IMG/VR virus record: IMGVR_UViG_3300001765_000140
Reading direction: 5' to 3' (one strand)
Length of the DNA: 64,000 nt
Source: an uncultured virus (IMG/VR IMGVR_UViG_3300001765_000140)
Taxonomy: Duplodnaviria > Heunggongvirae > Uroviricota > Caudoviricetes
The notes under the pieces were generated by a model that ran no database searches, was not told the origin of the DNA, and saw only the letters and a program-made list of their open reading frames with translations. Numbering within the stretch: position 1 is the stretch's first letter; each line of letters starts with the position of its first letter. The translations under genes were made by a program, and so were the position numbers. Positions 15,527 through 26,613 of this stretch are shown here, piece after piece.

Positions 15527-17635
15527 ATGCTAATTGAATCATTAATAGAAGAAAAGAACGATCTTTACACAGTTCCGTTATTTGATAAGAATCAGGGCGA
15601 TACGATTCGTATTTATAACCTGAATATTACACTGCCTAAGGTTGGTGCAAAAAAGAATATCTTATTTGCAAGAAACAAGAAGCAGGATCAAAAATGGAAA
15701 CGCATAGAGCCCCCAAAGGGGCTATTGGATCGTATTGAAGCAGAGTATACTGAGGAAGATATAGCGTTCATTGAGGCGGATTTTGATAGAAGAATAAATG
15801 GAGTTTGGATGATGATCAATGGGGAATTGATCTATATAACCGGACTTCATTATTATTATATTCAGTGGTGTAAAATAGACATCGGATATCCGCAGTACAG
15901 AAGCAGGGACAGGAAGTTCTTCATATATTGGGAAGCGTGCGTAGTTGACGATGCGTGCCTTGGAATGATAATGGTAAAGCACCGTAGAGAGGGTGCAACA
16001 TTCAAAGGAGCGGCAATAATACTAGAATACATAACCCGAAACAAGAGGGTTAACGGAGGTCTGATTAGCAAGACCGGAACAGATGCTAAGGAGTTCTTTT
16101 ACAAATTGGTTAAGATGTTCAGGGACTTACCTGGATTTTATCAACCTATGATTGCCGGAACTGATAATCCGAAAACAATCCTAGAATTTGATAAGCCAGG
16201 CGAGCGTATCACAAAATTAACTCAGAAAGTCCAAACGTCAGAAGCTCTTGAAAGCAAGGTGGAGTGGAAGAATACGGCGGAGAACTCATTTGACTCCTAT
16301 AAATTGGCTCGCTATTGTTGCGATGAGGGAGGTAAGTGGGAAGAAGCTGATGTAAGCAAGAGTTGGGGAGTAGTAAGACCTACATTGTCCGGAGATATTC
16401 TTGGGAAAGCATTCTTTCCTTCGACTGTAAACGAGATGACCCGAAAGGGAGGCAAGAACTACAAAAAGATCTGGGATGGAAGCGATCCTGCTCACCGCGA
16501 TGGTAACGGTAGAACGGTATCGGGAATGTACAGATACTTTACTCCGGCATATGACGGCTTGGAATATGAGAACATGATTTTCATTGATGAATATGGAAAC
16601 TCTGTTATTGACACTCCGGATACTCCGGTGATGGGGATCAATGGCAAACTGATCAAAATGGGATCAAAACAGTTTCTTCTTAATATCAGGGAATCACTGA
16701 AAAATGATACGAATGCATTAGCTGAACACAAGAGACAGTTCCCATTTGAGCCTGAGGAGGCGTTCAGAATAGAAGCAGGAGAATGTTCTTTTGATGCTGA
16801 AAGATTATATCAACAGCGTGAATGGAATGATCTGTATGCAGGACGACTAATAACTAGAGGCAATTTCATATGGGTAAATGATTTCGGTGGCAAGGTAAGA
16901 TTTGTTCCATCTAAGTCCGGACGTTGGGTTGTAGCCTGGTTGCCGGATGAAGCAGATCAGAATAAGATGGTCATGAGATATGGAGACTTCTTTCCAGGAA
17001 ATATCGATTGGATTGTCTCAGGATGCGACCCTTATGATCATTCTAGCACTACAGATGGTAGAAGATCGAATGGAGCTTCATTTGTGTTTAGGATGTACAA
17101 TCCGGTAGTAGCAGACAGTAATATGTTTGTTTCTCAGTACATATACAGACCGCCTACCGTATTTCAGTTCTATGAAGACGTTCTAAGGCAGTCTATATTT
17201 TACGGGAATCAGGTATTAGCTGAGAATAACAGGATTGGCTTAATAAATTGGTTTACTGAACATGGTTTTTCTAATTACTTAATGAAGCGTCCTGAGTCTA
17301 CTCACACATCTTCGAGTAAAACTCAGAAAAGTTTGGGAATACCGACATCCGGAGATACTGTAAGGGATTCTCTTATAAGCTCAATAGAAGCTTATATTGT
17401 AGATAACTGCGGAATGGATGACGACGGTAATGGCGGAAAGGTTTATTTCAATGAGCTTATTGAGGATTGGCTAAGATTCGATCCTAATGCATGGAAAGAA
17501 TATGATGCTACAGTAGCCGCCGGACTAACACTGCTTGCGACAAAGAAGGTAATAGTACAACCAAAACCAATGCAAAATGTTTTAATAACAAGAGTTTATA
17601 ATAATCAGGGATTACGATCTAAACGAATAAAATAG
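15527..17635 (+). CDS. terL: Terminase large subunit (crAss-like)
   Basis: ITGLHYYY, KHRREGATF (Walker A), CCDEGGKW (Walker B), GCDPYD nuclease, C-terminal YDATVA; directly upstream of portal. Confidence 0.92.
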   Translation: MLIESLIEEKNDLYTVPLFDKNQGDTIRIYNLNITLPKVGAKKNILFARNKKQDQKWKRIEPPKGLLDRIEAEYTEEDIAFIEADFDRRINGVWMMINGELIYITGLHYYYIQWCKIDIGYPQYRSRDRKFFIYWEACVVDDACLGMIMVKHRREGATFKGAAIILEYITRNKRVNGGLISKTGTDAKEFFYKLVKMFRDLPGFYQPMIAGTDNPKTILEFDKPGERITKLTQKVQTSEALESKVEWKNTAENSFDSYKLARYCCDEGGKWEEADVSKSWGVVRPTLSGDILGKAFFPSTVNEMTRKGGKNYKKIWDGSDPAHRDGNGRTVSGMYRYFTPAYDGLEYENMIFIDEYGNSVIDTPDTPVMGINGKLIKMGSKQFLLNIRESLKNDTNALAEHKRQFPFEPEEAFRIEAGECSFDAERLYQQREWNDLYAGRLITRGNFIWVNDFGGKVRFVPSKSGRWVVAWLPDEADQNKMVMRYGDFFPGNIDWIVSGCDPYDHSSTTDGRRSNGASFVFRMYNPVVADSNMFVSQYIYRPPTVFQFYEDVLRQSIFYGNQVLAENNRIGLINWFTEHGFSNYLMKRPESTHTSSSKTQKSLGIPTSGDTVRDSLISSIEAYIVDNCGMDDDGNGGKVYFNELIEDWLRFDPNAWKEYDATVAAGLTLLATKKVIVQPKPMQNVLITRVYNNQGLRSKRIK

Positions 17636-17640
17636 ATAAA

Positions 17641-19896
17641 ATGGCAAATGAATTATTTTTGGGTTTTCCAAATCCGCTAGCCTCAGAGGTTGAAAAAGAC
17701 AAACCATCCTACGGGCTTCAGTTCTTTCAAATGATGTACAGGGAATGGGCGGGAGAATCCGGAACACTCCTAGATCAAAGAGTGGCTAAATGGCAATTAT
17801 GTAGAGACTACGCCGGAGGAAAGCAATCTTCTCAGCCGTACAAAGACTTATTAGGCGTTGATGGAGATAAGTCATATGCTAACCTAGATTGGAGAATAGT
17901 TCCTGTAATACCTAAATTTGTTGATATAATAGTTAACAGTCTAATCAATTACGGCTACACAATAAATGCCTCAGCTATTGATCCGGTATCATCAGATCAA
18001 AGGCGTGGTGATGCACTTAAAATGAAAGCTAAGTTGCTATCTCAGAACTTCTTACTTGAAGTTGAAAAGCAAACAAATATACCTCTTCTTACCCAGGATA
18101 ATACCCAACTTGAAAGTAATGAGGAGATTGATCTATTCATGAGATTAAGCTACAAGCAGGCTGCAGAAATAGCTATCGAGAATGGAGTTATGCTTGCAAT
18201 GAACATTAATGATTGGCGGGAAATTTCAAAGAGAATCCTAAGGGATTTAGTTGTTATAGGTATTGGAGCAGCAAAATGTGAGCTAGATTATAGGGGAATA
18301 ACTCTGAGATATGTCGATCCTATTAATATGGTTACATCATACTCTGATGCGCCAGACTTCAAGAAAATGACGTATTGCGGAGAAGTTATCCGTATTAGCA
18401 TATCTGAATTAAAATCTACAGCCGGAGATCAGTTTACAGAAGCCGAATACCTTGAAATCGCACGTAATTTTGCCGGAAGAAATAATAACAAGCTTAAGTT
18501 CAGGGCAGTAGCTAATGTTGTCAATGGAATACAGTATTACGAATACGATAATTTCCTGGTAGATATACTAGATGCTCAATTTATTGTTCCTGTTGATATT
18601 AAGTACGAGAAGAAATCGACTAACTATGGAACATATAGTGTGAACAAAAGAAAGGGCAACTATACTATTCCTAAGGAAAGCAAGGAATCACGTGAAATGA
18701 TTCAGACATCATACGACTGTAAATATTCAGGCAAATGGATTATTGGCACTCGTTTCGTTTATGGCTATGGAAAAGGAAAGAATCAGATCAGACCTAAGTC
18801 AGCCCTGAGTAAAACATTCCTTGATTATATCGTATACACTCCAAATCTTGATCTCATGCGTAATCAGTCATTATGCGAGAGAATGATTCCATTTGGAGAT
18901 CAAATACAGCTTACTCACTTAAAGATTCAGCATATAGCCGCTAAGTCAAGACCTAAGGGATTGGCAATAGAATTGGGAGCTATTGAGAGTGTAAGTGATG
19001 GTAAAGGCGGAACATTCAAACCATTGGATATATTAGACATCTTTGATCAGACAGGGGTTTATCATTACAGGGAGTTGGATGACGAAGGTCGTCCGTCACA
19101 GTCCCGTCCGGTTACTGAACTTGCCGGAGGTATTGGCGGAGCTCTTAACGAATTACTTGCGTTGTATCAACATAATATAGGGATGCTTCGCGATGTGACG
19201 GGTATAAATGAAGCCCGCGACGGTAGTGCAAGCACTCAGAATGCAGCTATTGGTATTCAGAAGATGAACCTAGAGGCTTCTAACAATGCCACGAAATACA
19301 TAAATGATGCGTATTTAAACATATACAAACGTACTGCAGAGTCCGTTATTCTCATGCTGCAGGATCTGGTTGAGTATGACAGGGTTTATTCCGGTTATAT
19401 AAGTGCCCTTGGTGAAATGAGCATGGAAACTATCACCATAAGCAAGGATGTGTCTATCTATGAATTTGGTATTATAATCGATGCAGAGCCTACTGATTAT
19501 GACAAACAGGTGATGGAACAAAATATTCAGCAGTCACTACAGCAAAAAGAATTACGTATTGAGGATGCAATATTTATTCGCAGGATCAAGAATATAAAAA
19601 TGGCGAATGAAATGATCATGCTTAGACGTAAGAAATATGCTGATGAATTAAGATTGGTTGCTCAGCAGAACGCTCAAATGAATGCAGAGCAGAGTCAGAT
19701 AGCTGCACAACAGGCAGCACAGGCTAAGCAGATGGAGTTAGAAATGGATCTTCAAAATAGCATTAAAAAAATGCAAGCTGAATATGAAATGAAAAATGAA
19801 TTTGAAATTCAGGAGCATGCTAGGGCTATGGAATTACAGGAGCTTGTAAACAGGGGAAAGGTAGAGTCAAATAAGTCAAATACTTCGCTCAAATAA
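17641..19896 (+). CDS. Portal protein
   Basis: 751 aa; SYANLDW.IVPVIPKFVDIIVN, RDVTGINEARDG, Q-rich C-terminal coil; between terminase and scaffold/capsid. Confidence 0.88.
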   Translation: MANELFLGFPNPLASEVEKDKPSYGLQFFQMMYREWAGESGTLLDQRVAKWQLCRDYAGGKQSSQPYKDLLGVDGDKSYANLDWRIVPVIPKFVDIIVNSLINYGYTINASAIDPVSSDQRRGDALKMKAKLLSQNFLLEVEKQTNIPLLTQDNTQLESNEEIDLFMRLSYKQAAEIAIENGVMLAMNINDWREISKRILRDLVVIGIGAAKCELDYRGITLRYVDPINMVTSYSDAPDFKKMTYCGEVIRISISELKSTAGDQFTEAEYLEIARNFAGRNNNKLKFRAVANVVNGIQYYEYDNFLVDILDAQFIVPVDIKYEKKSTNYGTYSVNKRKGNYTIPKESKESREMIQTSYDCKYSGKWIIGTRFVYGYGKGKNQIRPKSALSKTFLDYIVYTPNLDLMRNQSLCERMIPFGDQIQLTHLKIQHIAAKSRPKGLAIELGAIESVSDGKGGTFKPLDILDIFDQTGVYHYRELDDEGRPSQSRPVTELAGGIGGALNELLALYQHNIGMLRDVTGINEARDGSASTQNAAIGIQKMNLEASNNATKYINDAYLNIYKRTAESVILMLQDLVEYDRVYSGYISALGEMSMETITISKDVSIYEFGIIIDAEPTDYDKQVMEQNIQQSLQQKELRIEDAIFIRRIKNIKMANEMIMLRRKKYADELRLVAQQNAQMNAEQSQIAAQQAAQAKQMELEMDLQNSIKKMQAEYEMKNEFEIQEHARAMELQELVNRGKVESNKSNTSLK

Positions 19897-19913
19897 AATT
19901 AACTAAAAAAATA

Positions 19914-19945
19914 GTTGGAAAATTAAAATATTTTTCGTATCTTTG
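19914..19945 (+). promoter_or_regulatory. Bacteroidota-type promoter
   Basis: GTTG ... TATCTTTG upstream of scaffold/capsid operon. Confidence 0.6.
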
Positions 19946-19975
19946 TATTCATTAATAATTTAATCTAATTTAGTC

Positions 19976-21052
19976 ATGGCAACAGAAAGAGAAATAGCAG
20001 AATCTATAGCAAAATCATTGGGTGTTACTTTAGCGCCCGAAGAAGATAAGAACAAAGCGGTCATTGACAATACTGAATTAAATCCGGACGGTACTCCCAA
20101 AGTAAAGAGTAATGATGGTGAAGGTGAGTTGAACGATACGGGTTCAAAGGAAGCTACAGAGGCGGCAGCAGCAGCAGCAAGCGCAGCGGCAGCAGCAGCA
20201 GCCAAAATAATCATTCCTGCTGACATTAATGACAAGACTAAGGTCGATCAGGCTGGCGTAACGTCAAAGAATAATGAAGGCAAAACAGAGGCATCGAAAA
20301 ATACAGCCGATATTTTTGCAAACGATCAGGTTGCAAAGCTAAACGAATACGTTAAGAATGGCGGTGATATCGATGACTTTATAAGAACCCAGAGAACAGA
20401 TTACTCTAAAATTTCCGACCTGGAAGCATTGAGGCAGGCTGAACGCCTAGCAGACAATACGTTAACAGAAGAAGATATTACGCTTCTTTTGGAAGATAAA
20501 TACGGTGTCGCTTCTGATGCTCCGGCAAACGCGAAAAGATTAAAGGAGATTCAAATCAAACGTGATGCTTCGGTTGCGAAGCAGCAGTTGATTGAAAACC
20601 AAAAGAAATGGGCTGTCGCAAGTACAGGAAAATCGGCTGAGGACATAGAGGCTGACGGTATTAAGTGGAAATCATCACTTGAAACTACAGCAAGCAAGGT
20701 CGAAAAGCTTGATATCAAACTTAATGAAACTGATACTTTCTCATATACTGTTCCTGCTGAAACAAGGGGAAAAGTAACAAAAGAGAATGAATCACTCTCA
20801 ACATTCTTTCAGAGGTATGTAAATGCCGACGGAACTGAGAATGTGGAGAAGTTTGTTAAAGACATGGTGATTCTGAGCAACTTTGAAGAAATAGTAAAGG
20901 CTGCAGCAGGGTTCAACAAGTCAAGAGGCAAGGAAGAAATTATAAAGGATATTAAGAATACCGATTTCCAATCTAAAGACAAGAACACCGGAAGCACTAC
21001 AGTAAAAACAGTGGCACAACAAGTAGCAGAACAAATGTTTGGGAAACGATAA
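19976..21052 (+). CDS. Putative capsid scaffolding/assembly protein
   Basis: Acidic low-complexity N-terminus with poly-Ala, helical; between portal and major capsid protein. Confidence 0.65.
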   Translation: MATEREIAESIAKSLGVTLAPEEDKNKAVIDNTELNPDGTPKVKSNDGEGELNDTGSKEATEAAAAAASAAAAAAAKIIIPADINDKTKVDQAGVTSKNNEGKTEASKNTADIFANDQVAKLNEYVKNGGDIDDFIRTQRTDYSKISDLEALRQAERLADNTLTEEDITLLLEDKYGVASDAPANAKRLKEIQIKRDASVAKQQLIENQKKWAVASTGKSAEDIEADGIKWKSSLETTASKVEKLDIKLNETDTFSYTVPAETRGKVTKENESLSTFFQRYVNADGTENVEKFVKDMVILSNFEEIVKAAAGFNKSRGKEEIIKDIKNTDFQSKDKNTGSTTVKTVAQQVAEQMFGKR

Positions 21053-21079
21053 TATTCACTTTAAAAACAATAATTAATT

Positions 21080-22555
21080 ATGGCATTCTTTACAGCAACG
21101 CCTTCATTGGCAGCAGTCAGAACCTCAGAGAACTATGTTTCTTCTGTTGATTTTCTGAACGAACTTCACAAGCCTGATGTGAACGAAACTCTCGTAAAAA
21201 GATACGGAGATCAGGCACTAACCGGATTCATTGAAATGCTCGGTGCAAAGAAAGAAGTTGCTCAGAAAACTTTCAAGCATTTTGAGGAAGATTGGATTCA
21301 TCAGTCATTTACCGTAAAATCAACAGTCCTTCACACTGACAACCTGATCGCGGGTGGTTTTGTTATGGAAGTAACTAACGCCGAAGATTCAGGCACAACT
21401 CAGTCAGAACTTGATTACCATTTTGTTCGTCCGAACAACATCGTTCAGTTCGAGAATGGTCGTGTTGGTTTAGTTACATGGGTAGCTACAAACGGTGGTG
21501 CAGCAACTAAGGTTGAAAATTACACTCAGCTTTCTGTTTCTGACGTTGCTTCAACAACTGATAAGACTTACATCGAGGTTCTTATGTACGACGGTGGAAC
21601 TTGCGACGCAGCAGCTTTCGCAGCACTTGTTAGTAAGAAAGCGATCATCACAGGTCTTGAATTTGGAGAAGGAACTGATCAACCTGACGGTCTGACACCT
21701 AACGTGATTATGTACGAGAATCAGGTTATGATCATCAAGGAAGCTTACAAAGTAACCGGATCGGAAGCTACAAACGCGACTTACATCAAGATCGAAGATG
21801 CTGCAACCGGAAAATCAGGATATCTTTGGTATCTTAAAGGTGAATCTGACACTTATCAGAGATTCAACGACTATGCAGAAATGCAGATGTTAGTTGGTGA
21901 AACTGTTGGTTCAGGTGCAGCTGGTCTTACTGCTCTTGGAATTCGTGGTACTGAAGGTCTTCTTGACTTTGCAGCAGGCGGAAACGCACTTAATTATGCA
22001 ACTTCATTTGACGTTGATGATTTCCGTGCTACAACAATCGCTATCGACAAAAACCGTGGCGCTCAGGAGAATACAATGTGGACAGGTCTTACATTCAGCC
22101 TTGACATCGACGATTCATTCAGGGATTATTTCGATGGAGCTGGCGCATCTTTCGGAACTTTCGAAGGTAGCTCAGAAAAAGCTGTTAGTTTTGGTTTCAA
22201 ATCATTCACATACGGTGGGTATACTTTCCATAAGAAAACCTACAAAGCATTCAATTACACACAGATGTTGGGTTACACCACAGCTGGTGGCGTAGACAGT
22301 GCTTACCGTACCGCTGCACTTCTTGTTCCTTCTGACACACAGATCGATCCTGTAACTCGTGAGAGCATTCCTTCACTCGCAATCCGTTACAAAGCAGCCG
22401 AAGGTTACTCACGTGAAATGGAGCATTGGCTTGAAGGTGGAGCTGTTATCAGCAATAAGACTAACGGGAAAGACGAATTGAAGTGCAACTACAGAACTGA
22501 AAGAGGTTTCGAAGGTTTTGCACCAAACCGTTACGCTTGGATTACAAAGTCATAG
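21080..22555 (+). CDS. Major capsid protein (crAss-like HK97 fold)
   Basis: 491 aa, biased codon usage, KRYGDQALTGFIEMLG, IIKEAYKVTGS, YLWYLKGE, FGFKSFTYGGYTFHK; followed by terminator. Confidence 0.88.
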   Translation: MAFFTATPSLAAVRTSENYVSSVDFLNELHKPDVNETLVKRYGDQALTGFIEMLGAKKEVAQKTFKHFEEDWIHQSFTVKSTVLHTDNLIAGGFVMEVTNAEDSGTTQSELDYHFVRPNNIVQFENGRVGLVTWVATNGGAATKVENYTQLSVSDVASTTDKTYIEVLMYDGGTCDAAAFAALVSKKAIITGLEFGEGTDQPDGLTPNVIMYENQVMIIKEAYKVTGSEATNATYIKIEDAATGKSGYLWYLKGESDTYQRFNDYAEMQMLVGETVGSGAAGLTALGIRGTEGLLDFAAGGNALNYATSFDVDDFRATTIAIDKNRGAQENTMWTGLTFSLDIDDSFRDYFDGAGASFGTFEGSSEKAVSFGFKSFTYGGYTFHKKTYKAFNYTQMLGYTTAGGVDSAYRTAALLVPSDTQIDPVTRESIPSLAIRYKAAEGYSREMEHWLEGGAVISNKTNGKDELKCNYRTERGFEGFAPNRYAWITKS

Positions 22556-22570
22556 TTTTGACAGCATACT

Positions 22571-22599
22571 GAGGGGGAGCTAGTCTCCCTCTCTTTTTT
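22571..22599 (+). terminator. Intrinsic terminator
   Basis: GAGGGGGAG-CTAGT-CTCCCTCTC-TTTTTT. Confidence 0.8.
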
Positions 22600-22633
22600 C
22601 TTTTTTTATTTTAATTACTTAAATTTAATCGAC

Positions 22634-23319
22634 ATGGCAAAAATTAACAAACCTACCGTTTTCGTCCTTTCAAGACGTAAAGAAAAACCTGCTCTCGCAG
22701 GAAGACATTATCCTGGATATTTCAGATTACCATCTACAGAAGAAATTTATGATGAAGAACTTCAAAAAGTTCGCACCATAAGATATGCTATGGGAGAGCA
22801 CAGCATATATAAAGATGAACAGCCGGACAAAGTTACCCTTGGTGACATTATTTTCACAAATGGATCATTGGTTATTGACCGGATGAATCCAAACCTGCTT
22901 AAATTTCTTGCCGTATCTAATCATAACGAAGGAAATAAAGATCGTAATACATCAAAGGCAGTATTCTTTAAGGTTCTCGATCCTGAGGCTAGCGCAAAAG
23001 TAAGTGTAGACACTATTGTACTTGAAAGCAAGGCAGTTTCTATAGCTATAGGAATGGACTTCGCTAAGCTGATTGGATATGCTAAGGTAATGGGAATGAG
23101 CACAGATCGTAGTGCCGACGAAATCCGTCACGATATGATCTTGTTTGCAAAACAGAAACCTAAGATGTTCATGGATGGAGTTGATGATCCTTCAATCGCA
23201 AGACAGACTATCATCGAGAAAGCCAAGGAGTTAGGCGTTATCGTAATGGAAGGCAGATCGGTTAAGTGGAATACAGGAGGTAAAACTACTCCAATTATCA
23301 CTGCTCCGGTTGGAATAAA
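22634..23319 (+). CDS. Conserved hypothetical protein downstream of capsid gene (3' end lost in N gap)
   Basis: IRYAMGEHSIYKDEQ...IIFTNGSL motif; runs into gap 23320-23407. Confidence 0.65.
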
Positions 23320-23407
23320 NNNNNNNNNNNNNNNNNNNNNNNNNNNNNNNNNNNNNNNNNNNNNNNNNNNNNNNNNNNNNNNNNNNNNNNNNNNNNNNNN
23401 NNNNNNN
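23320..23407. other. Assembly gap
   Basis: Run of N. Confidence 0.99.
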
Positions 23408-23446
23408 AGCTGCCGCAAAGTAGATAAATGGTTTAAAAATATAAAG

Positions 23447-23475
23447 AAAGAGGGACATTTTGTTCCTCTTTTTTT
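23447..23475 (+). terminator. Intrinsic terminator
   Basis: AAAGAGGGACA-TTT-TGTTCCTCTTTTTTT. Confidence 0.75.
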
Positions 23476-23504
23476 GTTTATGTCAATATTTTTTTGTATC
23501 TTTG
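23473..23504 (+). promoter_or_regulatory. Bacteroidota-type promoter
   Basis: TTTG ... TATCTTTG. Confidence 0.7.
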
Positions 23505-23531
23505 ACCAATACTAACTATAAACTAATTATT

Positions 23532-23924
23532 ATGTGGGATAAGATTTTGTACTTGGCTAGATGGGTGGTAGGAGTAGGCGCGTTTATTACGTTCTCAATA
23601 ACTGTGTATCAGTATTTTGACGATATAAAGAGCAAAGAGACCCTTAATCAACAGGAGATAATGGGGCATTTAAAACAGATTACAGACTCCTCAAAAATAC
23701 AGTATAGCATTATAAATCGAAAAATTGACCAAATAAGCATGAAGCAGGACGAAATGATCGTCAATGATAATGTTATGAAAAAAAGCATTATCGATCATGT
23801 ATCTCAGGATAAAGAAGTTACAAAAGAAGACCTATACAAATTTATGCAGCAAATAGGTTCTGAGTTAAAAAAAAACAACCTAGGATACCAACCAACCAGA
23901 ACATTTATCCAAGACAAACCATAG
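23532..23924 (+). CDS. Membrane-anchored coiled-coil protein
   Basis: Start MWDKILY; N-terminal TM helix then coiled coil. Confidence 0.6.
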   Translation: MWDKILYLARWVVGVGAFITFSITVYQYFDDIKSKETLNQQEIMGHLKQITDSSKIQYSIINRKIDQISMKQDEMIVNDNVMKKSIIDHVSQDKEVTKEDLYKFMQQIGSELKKNNLGYQPTRTFIQDKP

Positions 23925-23961
23925 TCGTTGGATCGATAGAAGTTCTATTAGCAGCTAAATA

Positions 23962-26613
23962 ATGGCAGAAAGAAATAGATTTGGAACAAAGCCAACTGCA
24001 GCTCCATCATCAACCGTGATGGATTTGGCTTTAATACAAAGCATGATTGATGAGGCAATTGCAGGTGTATCTAGTGGTAGCACTATAATAAATTCGCCAT
24101 CTTTTAATCCAGGCATTACTATTTCAGACACTTCAAGTCCATATATTATATTGCATAAGTCGGGAGGGTCGTTTCCTAAAGAGTGGGAAATCGACATAAC
24201 AAATAATGATTTATATATTACCGACAAGACTGCCTATGTAACAAGTATGGTTTTTCAGAGCGGCACTGGAAATATTGGAATAAATCAAACAGTTCCTGAT
24301 GAAAAGCTCCACGTAGTAGGAAATATTCACGTTACGGGTAATATTTACGCTAGCGGAGAAATATCTGCATTTGCAGGCTCTGCTCCGGTAGACTGGTGGG
24401 CGTCAATGCCTAGCGCAACGGACTTGATAACTGGTGGTATTAAAGTAGGTGCAGGGCTTACAATGACAGCAGGGGTACTATCTGCTTCCGGAGGTGGGGG
24501 AACTATGAATCATAATGCATTATCTTATTTAGATTATGCAACTGCAGGTCATACAGGTTTTCAGGCTGCATTATCCGGAACAGGTTTAGTATATTCAAAT
24601 GCAGGAGTTATTAGCTACGACACGAGCGCATATATTACCACATCGGCATTAGTCGGATATTGGAATGCGTCTAGTCATCCAACTACAATATCGGGATATG
24701 GAATAGTAGATGCACCTAGTATTAGTGCGGGTGCTTTAGCTGAACAGCTAGCAATCTTTACTAGCGCTGGTAATCTAAAAGGAGATGCAAAAGTTACATT
24801 CATTGAAAGTACAAATACATTTAGAATAGCCGGAAATATTATAGCTACAGGCGAAATAAGCGCGTTTGCGGGCTCAGCACCTACTGATTGGTGGCTTTCT
24901 ATGCCCGTAGCCACTGCTACCATTATAGGAGGTATTAAAGTAGGTGCAGGGCTTACAATGACAGCAGGAGTATTGTCCGTAACCGGAGGTAGTGGTACTT
25001 CTGTACATAGTTCATTATCCAACTTATCATATGCAACTGCAGGTCATACAGGTTTTCAGGCTGCATTATCGGGAACGGGATTAGTATATTCAAATGCCGG
25101 AACTATAAGTTACGACACTAATGCCTATATAACTACAGCCGCTCTTGCAGGTTATGCTCCTATTGCAAGTCCTACGTTTACAGGGACAGTTACATTAGGA
25201 ACAGGAGGAATGAAATTTTCAAATAGTGCAGGTTATTATAATATAAGAGCCGGAGCGGCAGGGGCAGCAATATCATTTGGTGTAAATGGAGGTACTTGGG
25301 ATAGAAATTTACATTTAGGTTTTGTAGATAATACAGATATGTTTGGAGCGTATCTCAGTATAATAAATCAAACAGGTAATGTTGGTATTGGAAACATAGC
25401 TCCATCTAAAAAACTTGAACTTTCCGCAGCTAATGGCGCTCATGACGGATTAAGAGTAAGCTATAATGGTGCGGCAGGGGAAGGTCTCGACTTAACTTAC
25501 TACAACACAGGATCAACTATTATTAGTCTCGACAGTTGTTATAATAGTGATGCAGCAATTATGCGGTTTAGAATGAAAACCATCGGAGCTCCATTAACTG
25601 CAATGACTATTCTTGGCAATGGAAGAATAGGAATAGGACGAACACCTACTACCTACCTTTTTGAAGTTGAAGGAGACAGCTATACTAATGGGTGGTTATA
25701 TAATAGCGGAAGCAGAGGTTGGTATAACGCAACATATGCTGGTGGTGTATTTATGCAGAATAGTACCTATGTAGAGGTATACGGAGACAAGGCATTTAAG
25801 ATGGCAAAACCAGTTGCAAATGGTAACGGTGCTCGTTTATATCTATCTAACAATCAATATTCAGGTAACGTAGGTGCAGGTTGTGATATAATTTTTGGGC
25901 ATTACTCTGACACAGCTGATCCAAGAAGGTATGCTAGAATCTACAGTATAGGAACGCAGGCGGCAGGAACAGCAGATAAATTAATATTCAGTTTTTCTGA
26001 TGATACGGAAGTTCCTGTGATGACTTTAGTTCAAAACGGTAGTTATGTAGGAATAGGAGGAAACAACACATCTCCTGACGCTCCACTTCATGTTAAAGGT
26101 AGTGAATCGACAATGACAAGCGGATGGAATAGAACACTTACCCTTGAATCGACTTTTCCTAGTATTATTTTAAATAGCAATAGCACAAAATGGGCTACTA
26201 TACAGTATGATTATTCAAGTAATTTCAATATTCGCCTTGCAGCTACAAGCAGTGATACTACTACAAGTGGTTATGTTGCATTGTCAATAGTTAGCTCAAC
26301 AGGAGTGGCTACATTCTCTAATATTGTTTCTGCTACAAACTTTTCAGCAACATCTGATTCTAGGTTAAAGCAGGACATTCAGGATATCAAGTCGCTTCCT
26401 ATTACAGCTAGCTATAAGCAATTCAGAATGAATAATGATCCACGTCAATTAAGATATGGTATTATTGCTCAGGAATTACAGAAAACACATCCTGAACTTG
26501 TGTATACAGGGGCTAATGGAATGCTATCTGTAGCTTACTTTGATTTATTATGCAAAGAGGTGTCTGATTTAAAGGCGGAAATTAAGATTCTAAAGGAAGG
26601 GAGGGCTGCATAA
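23962..26613 (+). CDS. Tail fibre with C-terminal intramolecular chaperone (peptidase S74) domain
   Basis: GNIGIN/GNVGIG fibre repeats; SDSRLKQDIQDI...YGIIAQELQKTHPELV...LSVAY at the C-terminus. Confidence 0.88.
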   Translation: MAERNRFGTKPTAAPSSTVMDLALIQSMIDEAIAGVSSGSTIINSPSFNPGITISDTSSPYIILHKSGGSFPKEWEIDITNNDLYITDKTAYVTSMVFQSGTGNIGINQTVPDEKLHVVGNIHVTGNIYASGEISAFAGSAPVDWWASMPSATDLITGGIKVGAGLTMTAGVLSASGGGGTMNHNALSYLDYATAGHTGFQAALSGTGLVYSNAGVISYDTSAYITTSALVGYWNASSHPTTISGYGIVDAPSISAGALAEQLAIFTSAGNLKGDAKVTFIESTNTFRIAGNIIATGEISAFAGSAPTDWWLSMPVATATIIGGIKVGAGLTMTAGVLSVTGGSGTSVHSSLSNLSYATAGHTGFQAALSGTGLVYSNAGTISYDTNAYITTAALAGYAPIASPTFTGTVTLGTGGMKFSNSAGYYNIRAGAAGAAISFGVNGGTWDRNLHLGFVDNTDMFGAYLSIINQTGNVGIGNIAPSKKLELSAANGAHDGLRVSYNGAAGEGLDLTYYNTGSTIISLDSCYNSDAAIMRFRMKTIGAPLTAMTILGNGRIGIGRTPTTYLFEVEGDSYTNGWLYNSGSRGWYNATYAGGVFMQNSTYVEVYGDKAFKMAKPVANGNGARLYLSNNQYSGNVGAGCDIIFGHYSDTADPRRYARIYSIGTQAAGTADKLIFSFSDDTEVPVMTLVQNGSYVGIGGNNTSPDAPLHVKGSESTMTSGWNRTLTLESTFPSIILNSNSTKWATIQYDYSSNFNIRLAATSSDTTTSGYVALSIVSSTGVATFSNIVSATNFSATSDSRLKQDIQDIKSLPITASYKQFRMNNDPRQLRYGIIAQELQKTHPELVYTGANGMLSVAYFDLLCKEVSDLKAEIKILKEGRAA
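24340..25150 (+). repeat. Internal duplication (~105 codons, 495-nt offset) in tail fibre gene
   Basis: GGTATTAAAGTAGGTGCAGGGCTTACAATGACAGCAGG at ~24436 and ~24931; TATGCAACTGCAGGTCATACAGGTTTTCAGGCTGCATTATC at ~24535 and ~25030. Confidence 0.85.

Noticed and set aside
20153..20203. GCA-rich poly-Ala tract as a phase-variable repeat
   Set aside because: In-frame, mixed-codon low-complexity linker in the scaffold-like protein.
24340..25150. Duplicated segment as a diversity-generating retroelement template/variable repeat
   Set aside because: Both copies are in frame within one gene, differences are not adenine-specific, and there is no reverse transcriptase in the window.
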